Assembly (NCBI RefSeq): GCF_000012905.2
Contig: NC_007493.2
Location: forward strand, 480,001-512,000
Reading direction: 5' to 3'
DNA: 32,000 nt
From: Cereibacter sphaeroides 2.4.1
Lineage (GTDB): Bacteria; Pseudomonadota; Alphaproteobacteria; Rhodobacterales; Rhodobacteraceae
The notes beneath the pieces are model-generated. The model worked only from the letters and a program-made list of their open reading frames with translations, was not told where the DNA came from and made no database searches. The position numbers were made by a program, and so were the translations under genes. This document shows, one piece after another, positions 1 to 7,908 of the stretch (positions are counted from its first letter, which is position 1; every line of letters starts with the position of its first letter).

Positions 1-148
1 GCTCAGGCCGCCGGTTCGCTTCCGTCACCGATCGGTCGCATTCGGGTGCCCTCTGTTCGCATCCCGTCGCTTGGGCACGCGGGCTCTCGTGCTAGCTGCT
101 CAACCATGCGGCAGACGCCGTCCCTCCCGCAGACCGTGCACAACAAGA

Positions 149-177
149 TTGCAATGGTGGGGGCCTTCCGCTTTAAA
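149..177 (+). promoter_or_regulatory. putative sigma70-type promoter of the ABC importer operon
   Basis: TTGCAA (149-154), 17-nt spacer, TTTAAA (172-177), about 50 nt upstream of the proposed GTG start at 227. Hexamer match only. Confidence 0.3.
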
Positions 178-226
178 CAATGACAACAAGTGCAGGAAAC
201 CTGCCGGTCAAGATGGGGAGAATGGG

Positions 227-1330
227 GTGGTGGCTTCTACCCAGGACGACGGTTTTGTCGTTTTCGAACATGTGCAAAAAAGCTATGATGGCGAGACGCT
301 CGTCGTCAAAGATCTCAACCTGACGATCGGGCAGGGTGAGTTCCTGACCATGCTGGGGCCCTCCGGGTCGGGCAAGACCACCTGCCTGATGATGCTCGCG
401 GGCTTCGAGACGGCGACGCACGGCGAGATCCGCCTCGACGGTCGCCCGATCAACACGGTGCCCCCGCACAAGCGCGGCATCGGCATGGTGTTCCAGAACT
501 ACGCGCTTTTTCCTCACATGACGGTAGGCGAGAACCTCTCCTTCCCGCTCGAGGTGCGCGGCATGTCCAAGTCGGACCGCGAGCGCAAGATCAAGCGTGC
601 GCTCGACATGGTCCAGATGGGCGCCTTCGCCAACCGCCGTCCGGCGCAGCTGTCCGGCGGGCAGCAGCAGCGGATCGCGCTGGCCCGGGCCCTCGTGTTC
701 GACCCGCAGCTCGTGCTGATGGACGAGCCGCTCGGCGCGCTCGACAAGCAGCTGCGCGAGCATATGCAGTTCGAGATCAAGCATCTGCACGAAAGCCTCG
801 GGATCACGGTGGTCTATGTCACCCACGATCAGGGCGAGGCGCTGACCATGTCGGACCGGATCGCCGTCTTCAACGACGGGCGCATCCAGCAGCTGGCCCC
901 GCCGTCCGAGCTCTACGAGCGGCCGAAGAACAGCTTCGTGGCCAGCTTCATCGGCGAGAACAACCGCCTGCCCGGCACCGTCGAGGAGATCGCCGACGGG
1001 CGCGCGCTGGTGCGGCTCGAGACCGGCGAGCTGATCGACGCCACGCCGGTGAACGTCGCCCGCAAGGGCCAGCAGACGCTCGTCTCGATCCGTCCCGAGC
1101 GGGTCGAGTTCAAGCCGGAGATGCTGCCGCCCAACGCACATCTCATCGATGCCGAAGTGCTCGAGTTCATCTACATGGGCGATATCTTCCGCACGCGGCT
1201 GCGGGTCGCCGGATCCGAGGATTTCGTGATCAAGTGCCGCAACACCCTCGGCCAGCGCGTCATGCAGCCGGGCGAGAAGGTCAGGATCGGCTGGGCGCCT
1301 CAGGACGCCCGCGCGCTCGATCCGCTTTAA
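227..1330 (+). CDS. ABC transporter ATP-binding protein, PotA-like polyamine-type importer ATPase with C-terminal regulatory/TOBE-like domain
   Basis: Walker A GPSGSGKTT, Q-loop, signature LSGGQQQRIALARAL, Walker B LVLMDEPLGALD and H-loop VTHDQ. The ORF-track start at 71 adds an R/P-rich extension. GTG 227 is in frame and preceded by GGGGAG (215-220). 367 aa. Confidence 0.9.
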   Translation: MVASTQDDGFVVFEHVQKSYDGETLVVKDLNLTIGQGEFLTMLGPSGSGKTTCLMMLAGFETATHGEIRLDGRPINTVPPHKRGIGMVFQNYALFPHMTVGENLSFPLEVRGMSKSDRERKIKRALDMVQMGAFANRRPAQLSGGQQQRIALARALVFDPQLVLMDEPLGALDKQLREHMQFEIKHLHESLGITVVYVTHDQGEALTMSDRIAVFNDGRIQQLAPPSELYERPKNSFVASFIGENNRLPGTVEEIADGRALVRLETGELIDATPVNVARKGQQTLVSIRPERVEFKPEMLPPNAHLIDAEVLEFIYMGDIFRTRLRVAGSEDFVIKCRNTLGQRVMQPGEKVRIGWAPQDARALDPL

Positions 1331-1384
1331 CTCCGTAGTAACGGACCTGCCGCCAAGCTGCGGCCAACAAACAAACGACACAAC

Positions 1385-2476
1385 ATGGGAGAGCACAAGA
1401 TGAAGAAGGCCCTCATTCTATCCACGGCCTTGTCGGCCGTGGCCTTCGCCGCCTCGGCGGAGCAGATCACCGTGATGTCCTGGGGCGGCGCCTACACGAC
1501 CAGTCAGGTCGAGGCGTTCCACAAGCCCTTCACCGCCGAGACCGGCATCGGTGTGGTCTCGGTCGATGCCGACAATCCGGCCACGCCGCTCAAGGCCATG
1601 GTCGAAGCGAAGAACGTCAGCGTCGACGTGGTCGATGTGAACACGTCCGACGCCGTGCGCCTCTGCGACGAGGGCCAGCTTGAGGAGATCGATCCGGCGA
1701 TGCTGCCGGCCGCGCCCGACGGCACGCCCGCGACCGAGGATTTCCTGCCCGGCGCTCTCAGCGACTGCGCCGTGGGCAACATCGTCTATTCGATGATCGT
1801 GGCCTACGACGAGTCGAAGTTCCCGAACGAAAAGCCCAAGACCATCGGCGATTTCTTCGACACCGAGAAGTTCCCGGGCAAGCGCGCCATGTGGAAAAGC
1901 GCCAAGACCACGCTCGAGATGGCGCTGATGGGCGACGGCGTGCCTGCGGCCGAAGTCTATGATGTGATGGGCACGCCCGAAGGCGTCGACCGCGCCTTCG
2001 CCAAGCTCGACGCGATCAAGGGCGACCTGATCTGGTGGGAGGCGGGCGCCCAGCCGGTCCAGCTTCTCGCCGATGGCGAGGTGGCCATGACCACGGCCTA
2101 CAACGGCCGGATCTTCGCGGCGGCGGTCAGCGAGAACAAGCCCTTCGTGCCGATCTGGGACGGACAGGTCTACGAATACGACCTGTTCGTGATCCCGAAG
2201 GGCGCGCCGAACCTCGAAGCGGCCAAGAAGTTCGTGGCCTTCGCGACCGGCACCCAGCCGCTCGCGGACCAGGCCAAGTGGATCAGCTACGGTCCCGCGC
2301 GCAAATCCTCGGCGCCGCTGGTCGGGCTCTATCAGGACGGCAAGACCGAGATGGGTCCGAACATGCCGACGGCCGAGGCGAACCTGACCAATGCTCTGCC
2401 CTCGTCCTACGAGTTCTGGGTCGATCACGACACCGAACTGGAAGAGCGCTTCAACGCCTGGCTGGCGTCGAACTGA
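1385..2476 (+). CDS. ABC transporter periplasmic substrate-binding protein (PotD/PotF-like family)
   Basis: Signal peptide MKKALILSTALSAVAFAASA. Size and sequence resemble family-1 solute-binding proteins. It lies between the ATPase and the permeases. The real start may be ATG 1400, preceded by GGGAGAG. Confidence 0.85.
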   Translation: MGEHKMKKALILSTALSAVAFAASAEQITVMSWGGAYTTSQVEAFHKPFTAETGIGVVSVDADNPATPLKAMVEAKNVSVDVVDVNTSDAVRLCDEGQLEEIDPAMLPAAPDGTPATEDFLPGALSDCAVGNIVYSMIVAYDESKFPNEKPKTIGDFFDTEKFPGKRAMWKSAKTTLEMALMGDGVPAAEVYDVMGTPEGVDRAFAKLDAIKGDLIWWEAGAQPVQLLADGEVAMTTAYNGRIFAAAVSENKPFVPIWDGQVYEYDLFVIPKGAPNLEAAKKFVAFATGTQPLADQAKWISYGPARKSSAPLVGLYQDGKTEMGPNMPTAEANLTNALPSSYEFWVDHDTELEERFNAWLASN

Positions 2477-2515
2477 TCCGGACCGGCGCGCGCTCCGGCG
2501 CGCGCCACCTCTGAC

Positions 2516-3802
2516 ATGAGGGACAAGATGGCCGACGCAACCGCCCAGATCGCTGCCGCCGGGACCGAGCGGCTCACCACCGCGGACGGGCGCCCGCTCA
2601 AATCCGCGCTCGCGCGCGCTCAGGCCCGCGCCCGACGCCGCGCCTTCCTTCTGGTGCTGCCGCTGCTGCTGTTCGTCGTGGTGACCTTCATCGTCCCGAT
2701 CGGCCAGATGCTGCACCGCTCGATCCACAACGACGGCTTCGCGGCCAACATGCCGCAGCTCACGCAGTGGTTCGCGGAGACCGAGCCGGGGACGGAGCCC
2801 GACGAGGCGGCCTATGCCGCGCTCGCCGCCGATCTCAAGGCCGCGGCCGAGGCCAAGACGATCGGCGTCGTGGGCACGCGCGTGAACTACGAGATGGCGG
2901 GCACCCGCTCGCTCTTCACCTCGACCGGGCGGAAGGCCAGGAACTTCGAGCCACCCTACCGCGCGGCGATCCTCGAGGCGGACGAGAAATGGGCCAACCC
3001 CGACCTCTGGGGCACGATGCGCCAGGTCTCGCGGGCCTACTCCCCGAACTTCTTCCTCGCCGCCGTCGATCTCGCCCGCGACAACGAGGGCAACATCGTC
3101 CGCGCTCCGGCCGAGCGCCGCGTCTATGTCATGCTGTTCGAGCGCACCTTCCTGATCGTGGGCCTCATCACCTTCCTCTGCCTGCTGCTCGGCTATCCGG
3201 TGGCCCATTTGCTGGCGACCCTGCCGCTGCGCACCTCGAACCTCCTGATGATCCTCGTCCTGCTGCCCTTCTGGACCTCGCTTCTGGTCAGGACCACCTC
3301 CTGGATCGTGCTCCTGCAGGGGCAGGGGGTGGTGAACAACACGCTGGTGGCCACCGGCCTCATCTCGGACTCGAGCCGGATCCAGATGATCTACAACCAG
3401 GCCGGCACGATCATCGCGATGACGCATATCCTGCTGCCCTTCATGATCCTGCCGCTCTATTCCGTGATGCGCCCGATCCCGCCCTCCTACGTCCGGGCCG
3501 CGCGCTCGCTCGGCGCCTCCAGCTGGACGGCCTTCCGCAGGGTCTATCTGCCGCAGACCCTGCCGGGCATCGGCGCGGGCGCGCTGCTCGTCTTCATCCT
3601 CGGCGTGGGCTACTACATCACCCCCGCCCTTGTCGGAGGCGCCTCGGGGCAGCTCATCTCGAACCTGATCGCCTTTCACATGCAGGACAGCCTGAACTGG
3701 TCGCTCGCTGCCGCCCTCGCGGCCGTGCTGCTCGGCGCGGTGCTGGTCCTCTACTGGCTCTACGACCGCCTCGTCGGCATCGACAATCTGAAGCTGGGCT
3801 GA
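2516..3802 (+). CDS. ABC transporter permease (PotB-like) with a large periplasmic insert after TM1
   Basis: The C-terminal ~220 aa have the typical BPD-transporter inner-membrane fold with an EAA-like loop (YVRAARSLGASSWTAFRRVYLPQTLPG). About 140 hydrophilic residues lie between the first hydrophobic helix (FLLVLPLLLFVVVTFIV) and the next. ATG 2528 is an alternative start. Confidence 0.85.
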   Translation: MRDKMADATAQIAAAGTERLTTADGRPLKSALARAQARARRRAFLLVLPLLLFVVVTFIVPIGQMLHRSIHNDGFAANMPQLTQWFAETEPGTEPDEAAYAALAADLKAAAEAKTIGVVGTRVNYEMAGTRSLFTSTGRKARNFEPPYRAAILEADEKWANPDLWGTMRQVSRAYSPNFFLAAVDLARDNEGNIVRAPAERRVYVMLFERTFLIVGLITFLCLLLGYPVAHLLATLPLRTSNLLMILVLLPFWTSLLVRTTSWIVLLQGQGVVNNTLVATGLISDSSRIQMIYNQAGTIIAMTHILLPFMILPLYSVMRPIPPSYVRAARSLGASSWTAFRRVYLPQTLPGIGAGALLVFILGVGYYITPALVGGASGQLISNLIAFHMQDSLNWSLAAALAAVLLGAVLVLYWLYDRLVGIDNLKLG

Positions 3803-3880
3803 CCCGGCCCTTCACTCTGCCCAAATATCCCGGGGGTCCGGGGGCAGAGCCCCCGGCCTCTGCCGCAGGAGACAAGCCCG

Positions 3881-4789
3881 ATGGCTCTTCCCGTCTACGC
3901 CAGCCCGCTCGAGCGCCTCTGGTATTACAGCTACCGCGTCCTCTGCGGGCTGATCTTCCTGTTCCTGATCGCGCCGATCCTGATCGTCATCCCGCTCAGC
4001 TTCAACGTCGAGCCCTACTTCACCTTCACCGAGAAGATGCTGTCGCTCGATCCCGACGGCTATTCGCTGCGCTGGTACGACACGCTCCTGACCTTCGGCA
4101 TGGCCAATCCCGAGGCTCCGCGCGACTCCTCCTGGTGGATGGATGTGTGGAACAACGCGGCCTGGGTGCGGGCGGCGAAGAATTCGGTCATCATCGGCGT
4201 CTCCTCGACGGTGGTCGCGACCGTGCTCGGCACCGTGGCGGCCTTGGGCCTCTCGCGCCCCGAGATGCCCTACCGGCGCGCGATCATGGCGATCCTGATC
4301 TCGCCCATGATCGTGCCGATCATCATCACCGCCACGGGCCTCTTCTTCTTCTATTCCGCGACGGGTCTCGCGGGCAGCTATGTGGGCGTGGTGCTGGCCC
4401 ATGCGACCCTGGGCATCCCCTTTGTCATCATCACCGTGACCGCGACCCTCGTGGGCTTCGACCGCTCGCTCACCCGGGCCGCCGCCTCGCTCGGGGCCAG
4501 CCCCACCACCACCTTCTTCAAGGTCACGATGCCGCTCATCCTGCCCGGCGTGATCTCCGGCGCCCTCTTCGCCTTCGTCACCTCCTTCGATGAGGTGGTG
4601 GTCGTGCTCTTCGTTGCGGCCCACGACCAGCAGACGATCCCGCGCCAGATGTGGAACGGCATCCGCGAGCAGATCAGCCCGGCGATTCTCTCGGTGGCCA
4701 CCATCCTCGTCATCGTGTCGGTGCTCCTCCTTGCCACGGTCGAGCTGCTCCGCCGCCGCTCGGAGAGGCTCCGCGGCATCTCCGGCTGA
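3881..4789 (+). CDS. ABC transporter permease (PotC-like)
   Basis: Six hydrophobic segments and an EAA loop (LTRAAASLGASPTTTFFKVTMPLILPG). It is the last gene of the ATPase-SBP-permease-permease operon. Confidence 0.9.
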   Translation: MALPVYASPLERLWYYSYRVLCGLIFLFLIAPILIVIPLSFNVEPYFTFTEKMLSLDPDGYSLRWYDTLLTFGMANPEAPRDSSWWMDVWNNAAWVRAAKNSVIIGVSSTVVATVLGTVAALGLSRPEMPYRRAIMAILISPMIVPIIITATGLFFFYSATGLAGSYVGVVLAHATLGIPFVIITVTATLVGFDRSLTRAAASLGASPTTTFFKVTMPLILPGVISGALFAFVTSFDEVVVVLFVAAHDQQTIPRQMWNGIREQISPAILSVATILVIVSVLLLATVELLRRRSERLRGISG

Positions 4790-4810
4790 CCCCTCCGCTA
4801 GCCATTTCGG

Positions 4811-4846
4811 GGCCCGTCCGGCATCCCCTGCCGGGCGGGCCTTTCC
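4811..4846 (+). terminator. putative intrinsic terminator after the ABC operon
   Basis: GC-rich hairpin GGCCCGTCCGGCA / TGCCGGGCGGGCC with loop TCCCC, followed by a TTTCC pyrimidine tract, about 20 nt after the stop at 4789. Confidence 0.5.
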
Positions 4847-4883
4847 ATCTGTCGGGCCCTGCGATTTCAGGGGGCTTTTGCAG

Positions 4884-4911
4884 TTGACTCTCGCATCAGC
4901 CTCGGTAAAAG
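4884..4911 (+). promoter_or_regulatory. putative sigma70-type promoter of rpmG
   Basis: TTGACT (4884-4889), 16-nt spacer, TAAAAG (4906-4911), about 58 nt upstream of the rpmG ATG. Confidence 0.4.
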
Positions 4912-4968
4912 GCGGGCCTCAGGGATTTTTGCGGGGGGCGTCTGCCCGCCGACTGCAGGAGAGAAACC

Positions 4969-5136
4969 ATGGCGAAGCCGACGACGATCAAGATCCGGCT
5001 GAACTCGACGGCGGGCACCGGGCACTTCTACGTGACCAAGAAGAACGCCCGCACCATGACCGACAAGATGGTCGTGCGGAAGTACGATCCGGTCAAGCGC
5101 GAGCATGTCGAATACAAGGAAGGCAAGATCAAGTAA
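4969..5136 (+). CDS. rpmG: 50S ribosomal protein L33
   Basis: My own translation is [55 protein letters not shown] (55 aa). This is the classic L33 sequence pattern (TGxFYxTxKN...K..LRKYDP..R.HV.Y.E.KIK). RBS GGAGAG lies 6-7 nt upstream. The gene is too short to appear in the supplied ORF track. Confidence 0.95.
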
Positions 5137-5160
5137 GATCTGCCTCTCCTGTTCGCGGAC

Positions 5161-5187
5161 AAGGCCGTGCCTCCGGGGCGCGGCCTT
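5161..5187 (+). terminator. putative terminator or attenuator hairpin after rpmG
   Basis: AAGGCCG...CGGCCTT stem with an internal GCC/GGC extension, followed by CTGCATTT. It starts 25 nt after the rpmG stop. Confidence 0.45.
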
Positions 5188-5210
5188 CTGCATTTGAGGA
5201 GCCTGCGCCC

Positions 5211-5696
5211 GTGACCGTCGCCGGCCTGCATCTGCGCCTCGCGCGCCCCGGGGATCTGTCGGCGGTGGATGCGCTCTTCGCCCACAGCTACGCCCGGCTC
5301 ATCCGGGCCGACTATCCGCCGTCGGTGCTGGTGACCGCCGTGCCGCGCCTCGCCCGTGCACAGCCCGCGCTTCTGGCCTCCGGGCGCTACTGGCTGGCGG
5401 AGACGGAGGGGGGGATCCTCGCCGCCGGCGGCTGGAGCCCGCGCGGCGCGGCAGAAGGCGAGATCCGCCATCTCGTGACCCGCGCCTCCCATGTGCGGCA
5501 GGGCATCGCCTCGGCGCTGCTTAGCCGCTCGATCGCGCAGGCTGCGGCCGAGGGCATCCTCCGCCTCCATTGCCTCGCCACGCGCACGGCCGTTCCCTTC
5601 TACGAGCGGATGGGCTTTCGCCGGCTGGGGGAAGTCTCGGTGCCGCTCGGCCCCGGCGTGGCCTTCCCGAGCGAACGGATGCTGCGCGCACCATGA
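5211..5696 (+). CDS. GNAT family N-acetyltransferase
   Basis: The C-terminal part of ORF 4590..5696 reads as a GNAT domain. It has the acetyl-CoA motif A HVRQGIASALLSRSIAQAAAEG and ...FYERMGFRRLGE. In-frame GTG 5211 is preceded by GAGGA. The upstream part of the ORF overlaps rpmG in another frame and is R/S/A-rich. 161 aa. Confidence 0.8.
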   Translation: MTVAGLHLRLARPGDLSAVDALFAHSYARLIRADYPPSVLVTAVPRLARAQPALLASGRYWLAETEGGILAAGGWSPRGAAEGEIRHLVTRASHVRQGIASALLSRSIAQAAAEGILRLHCLATRTAVPFYERMGFRRLGEVSVPLGPGVAFPSERMLRAP

Positions 5697-5722
5697 AAAA
5701 GGGCCGGTCCGAAGACCGGCCC
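5697..5722 (-). terminator. rho-independent terminator of the BI-1 family gene (partly bidirectional)
   Basis: Perfect 9-bp stem GGGCCGGTC / GACCGGCCC with a 4-nt loop. On the minus strand it is followed by a TTTTT run (A-run 5696-5700 on plus). It lies between the convergent stops at 5696 and 5747. Confidence 0.7.
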
Positions 5723-5746
5723 CCGTTCGTGGCGTCCGTGCTGCTG

Positions 5747-6487
5747 TTACTCGCGGTTGCCCATGAATTGCAGCAGGAACATGAAGAGGTTGATGAAGTC
5801 GAGGTAGAGCTGCAGCGCGCCCATGATGGCGGCCTTGCCCAGCCACTCCGCATCGCCGGTGTGGGCGTGCTGGAGGTAGGTGTTCTTGATGTTCTGCGTG
5901 TCATAGGCGGTAAGGCCCGCAAAGATCAGCACGCCGATCACCGAGATCGCGAAGGCCAGCGCAGACGAGGCGAGGAAGATGTTCACGACCATCGCGACCA
6001 GAAGGCCGACCACGCCCATGATGAGGAAGGTGCCGAAGCCGGAGAGGTCCTTCTTCGTCGTGTAGCCGAAGAGCGACAGGCTCGCGAAGGCGATCGCCGT
6101 GATCAGGAAGGTCTGCGCGATCGAGACGCCGGTGAAGGCCACGAAGATCCAGCTCAGCGACAGGCCCATCACCGCCGCATAGGCATAGAAAAACAGCTGC
6201 GCCGCCGCCTGGCTCAGCCGGTTCAGCACGGCGCCGAAGGCGAAGACCATGATGAGCGGGGCGAACATGACGATCCAGCCCAGGATGTTCGGGCTCATCG
6301 TCACCGGGTCGCGCAGCAGCGAGAACAGCTGCTCGCTGGTGCCGAAGGCCCAGGCCACGCCGCCGGTAAGGAGCATCCCGACCGACATGAGTCCGTAGAC
6401 CTTGTTCATGTGGGCGCGCAGGCCCTCGTCGATCCTGGCCGCCCGGGCGCCTGCGCCGACCGAACGCACCGTCTGATAGTCAGCCAT
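5747..6487 (-). CDS. BAX inhibitor-1 / YccA family inner-membrane protein
   Basis: Seven hydrophobic helices. N-terminus MADYQTVRS...IDEGLRAHMNKVYGLMSVGMLLTG and C-terminus AIMGALQLYLDFINLFMFLLQFMG are typical of the family. ATG 6487 is preceded by AAGGAGAG. The ORF-track start at 6568 has no RBS. Confidence 0.9.
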   Translation of the reverse strand: MADYQTVRSVGAGARAARIDEGLRAHMNKVYGLMSVGMLLTGGVAWAFGTSEQLFSLLRDPVTMSPNILGWIVMFAPLIMVFAFGAVLNRLSQAAAQLFFYAYAAVMGLSLSWIFVAFTGVSIAQTFLITAIAFASLSLFGYTTKKDLSGFGTFLIMGVVGLLVAMVVNIFLASSALAFAISVIGVLIFAGLTAYDTQNIKNTYLQHAHTGDAEWLGKAAIMGALQLYLDFINLFMFLLQFMGNRE

Positions 6488-6544
6488 CTCGTACTCTCCT
6501 TGTTGACCGTCATCCTGTCCGGCCCACCGGACACGTTTGACGCC

Positions 6545-6573
6545 TATATTGGAAAGCTGGCCCCGCAATTCAA
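6545..6573 (-). promoter_or_regulatory. putative sigma70-type promoter of the BI-1 family gene
   Basis: On the minus strand: TTGAAT (6573-6568), 17 nt, AATATA (6550-6545), about 58 nt upstream of ATG 6487. Confidence 0.35.
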
Positions 6574-6617
6574 GGATTTCCGGGCAGAACCGGGGGCCAT
6601 GGCCGTGGCGATGGGTC

Positions 6618-6848
6618 TCAGCGGCGCCAGTTCGAGGGCACGTCCCAGAGGGGACGCGCGGCCTCGGCCCGGGCCTCGTCGACGGTCAGGCCCACATCGG
6701 CCAGAAGATGCGGGTCGAGATGGGCAAGGGCCCGGCGCTGCCGGTGCGCGGCGAGGGCAAGATGGGCGCGGGCGACGAGGCGCTGAAGGCTCCCGCCCGC
6801 CTGCACGCCGCGGGTCGCGAGGCGGGCTGTGTGAAGCGAGGCAAACAT
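6618..6848 (-). CDS. DUF1127 domain-containing small protein
   Basis: 76 aa. The C-terminal half RRALAHLDPHLLADVGLTVDEARAEAARPLWDVP matches the DUF1127 pattern (L..L.D..L.DIGL.R.....EA.KPFW). AGGA RBS lies 7 nt upstream of ATG 6848. Confidence 0.75.
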   Translation of the reverse strand: MFASLHTARLATRGVQAGGSLQRLVARAHLALAAHRQRRALAHLDPHLLADVGLTVDEARAEAARPLWDVPSNWRR

Positions 6849-6914
6849 GGGTCCGTCCTTTCGGGATCTGATCTGGGCAGAGGGTCTCTCCGCTTGCTCC
6901 TTATGCCCGAATCG

Positions 6915-6933
6915 TTCACATTTGGAAAATGAA
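6915..6933. promoter_or_regulatory. LysR-type T-N11-A operator (TTCA-N11-TGAA) in the divergent DUF1127/LysR intergenic region
   Basis: TTCAcatttggaaaaTGAA has dyad arms with exactly 11 nt between them. It sits in the AT-richest part of the 117-bp intergenic region. Confidence 0.5.
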
Positions 6934-6965
6934 TGCTTTTGACTTCAATCATCAGGAGTCGTGAT

Positions 6966-7901
6966 ATGCCGCGCAACCTCGACCTGACCGCCCTCCGCTC
7001 TTTCGTGGCCGTGGCCGATGCAGGCGGGGTCACGCGCGCCGCGGGCTTTCTCAATCTCACCCAGTCGGCGGTCTCGATGCAGATCAAGCGGCTCGAGGAG
7101 ACGCTCGATCTGGCGCTGCTCGACCGGTCGGCGCGCCGGGTGGCGCTGACCGCCGCGGGAGAGCAGCTTCTGGGCTATGCGCGGTGGATGCTGGCGCTGA
7201 ACGACGAGGTCTTCGGCCGTCTCACCCATGACGATTTCGAGGGAGAGGTCGTGCTCGGCGTGCCGCACGACATCGTCTATCCGGCGATCCCGCAGGTGCT
7301 GCAGCGGTTCTCGGCCGAGTTTCCGCGGATGCGCGTCACGCTCCTCTCCTCCTATACGCGGAAGCTGAAGTCGCAGTTCGCGCGCGGTGAGTGCGACGTC
7401 ATCATGACCACCGAGGATACGGTGGAGCCGGGGGGCGAGACGCTGGTGGAGCTGCCGCTGGTCTGGGTGGGGGCGCCGGGCGGGCAGGCCTGGAAGCAGC
7501 GCCCGCTGCGGCTCGCCTTCGAGCCGAACTGCATCTTCCGCATGGGGGTGCAGTCGGCTCTCGATGCGGCAGGGATCCCCTGGACCATGGCGGTGGAATC
7601 CGACAGCTCGCGCACCATCGAGGCCAGCGTCTCGGCCGATCTCGCCGTGCATGTCTCGCTTGCCGGCGCCGAGCCGCGCTACATGGAGCGGATCCCGCAT
7701 GGCGGCACGCTGCCGGATCTCGAGACGAGCAAGGTCAACCTGTATGTGGCCGATCCGGTGCACAGCCCCGCCGTCGAGGGGATGGCCGAACTGATCCGGC
7801 GCGCCTATGCGGCGCAGGCCGCGGGGGCGGCGGCTCCCCGCCCGCTCGCCCCGGTGGAGGGGGCGGCAGGGGAGGGGCCGCGCTTCGCCCTGCGGGCGTA
7901 A
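6966..7901 (+). CDS. LysR family transcriptional regulator
   Basis: N-terminal wHTH LDLTALRSFVAVADAGGVTRAAGFLNLTQSAVSMQIKRLEE followed by a LysR substrate-binding domain. ATG 6966 is preceded by AGGAG. 311 aa. Confidence 0.9.
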   Translation: MPRNLDLTALRSFVAVADAGGVTRAAGFLNLTQSAVSMQIKRLEETLDLALLDRSARRVALTAAGEQLLGYARWMLALNDEVFGRLTHDDFEGEVVLGVPHDIVYPAIPQVLQRFSAEFPRMRVTLLSSYTRKLKSQFARGECDVIMTTEDTVEPGGETLVELPLVWVGAPGGQAWKQRPLRLAFEPNCIFRMGVQSALDAAGIPWTMAVESDSSRTIEASVSADLAVHVSLAGAEPRYMERIPHGGTLPDLETSKVNLYVADPVHSPAVEGMAELIRRAYAAQAAGAAAPRPLAPVEGAAGEGPRFALRA

Positions 7902-7908
7902 GTCATGC

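Noticed and set aside
71-226. N-terminal extensions implied by the ORF track: 71-226, 6488-6568, 8869-9108, 7807-9228, 11347-11607, 25366-25461, 26354-26617, 19195-20019, 20046-20276, 29535-29861 and 4590-5210.
   Set aside because: The extensions are R/P/G-rich, lack RBSs, and run into intergenic or neighbouring-gene sequence. Internal ATG/GTG/TTG starts with SD-like sequences give proteins that begin with the expected signal peptides or family N-termini.
1418-3679. 753-aa minus-strand ORF antisense to the SBP and permease genes. Similar long ORFs: 11599..13911(-), 15298..16839(-), 19906..22707(+), 20027..22003(-), 22583..24133(+), 22599..24239(-), 24074..25669(-), 24124..25623(+), 27741..29072(-), 5570..6871(+), 6945..7994(-), 12573..14132(+).
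   Set aside because: All are R/G/P/A/H/D-rich low-complexity translations with no recognisable motifs. Each lies opposite to, or out of frame with, a gene that has clear family signatures. These are typical stop-codon-poor shadow frames of high-GC DNA.
6488-6617. Possibility that the DUF1127 gene is the ccaF1-CcsR (cuckoo sRNA) locus of Rhodobacter, with sRNAs in its 3' UTR.
   Set aside because: Only 130 nt separate the DUF1127 stop from the next gene start. That space already holds a promoter-like element for the BI-1 gene. I found no tandem hairpins with CCUCCUCCC loops. The gap is too short for a four-sRNA array.
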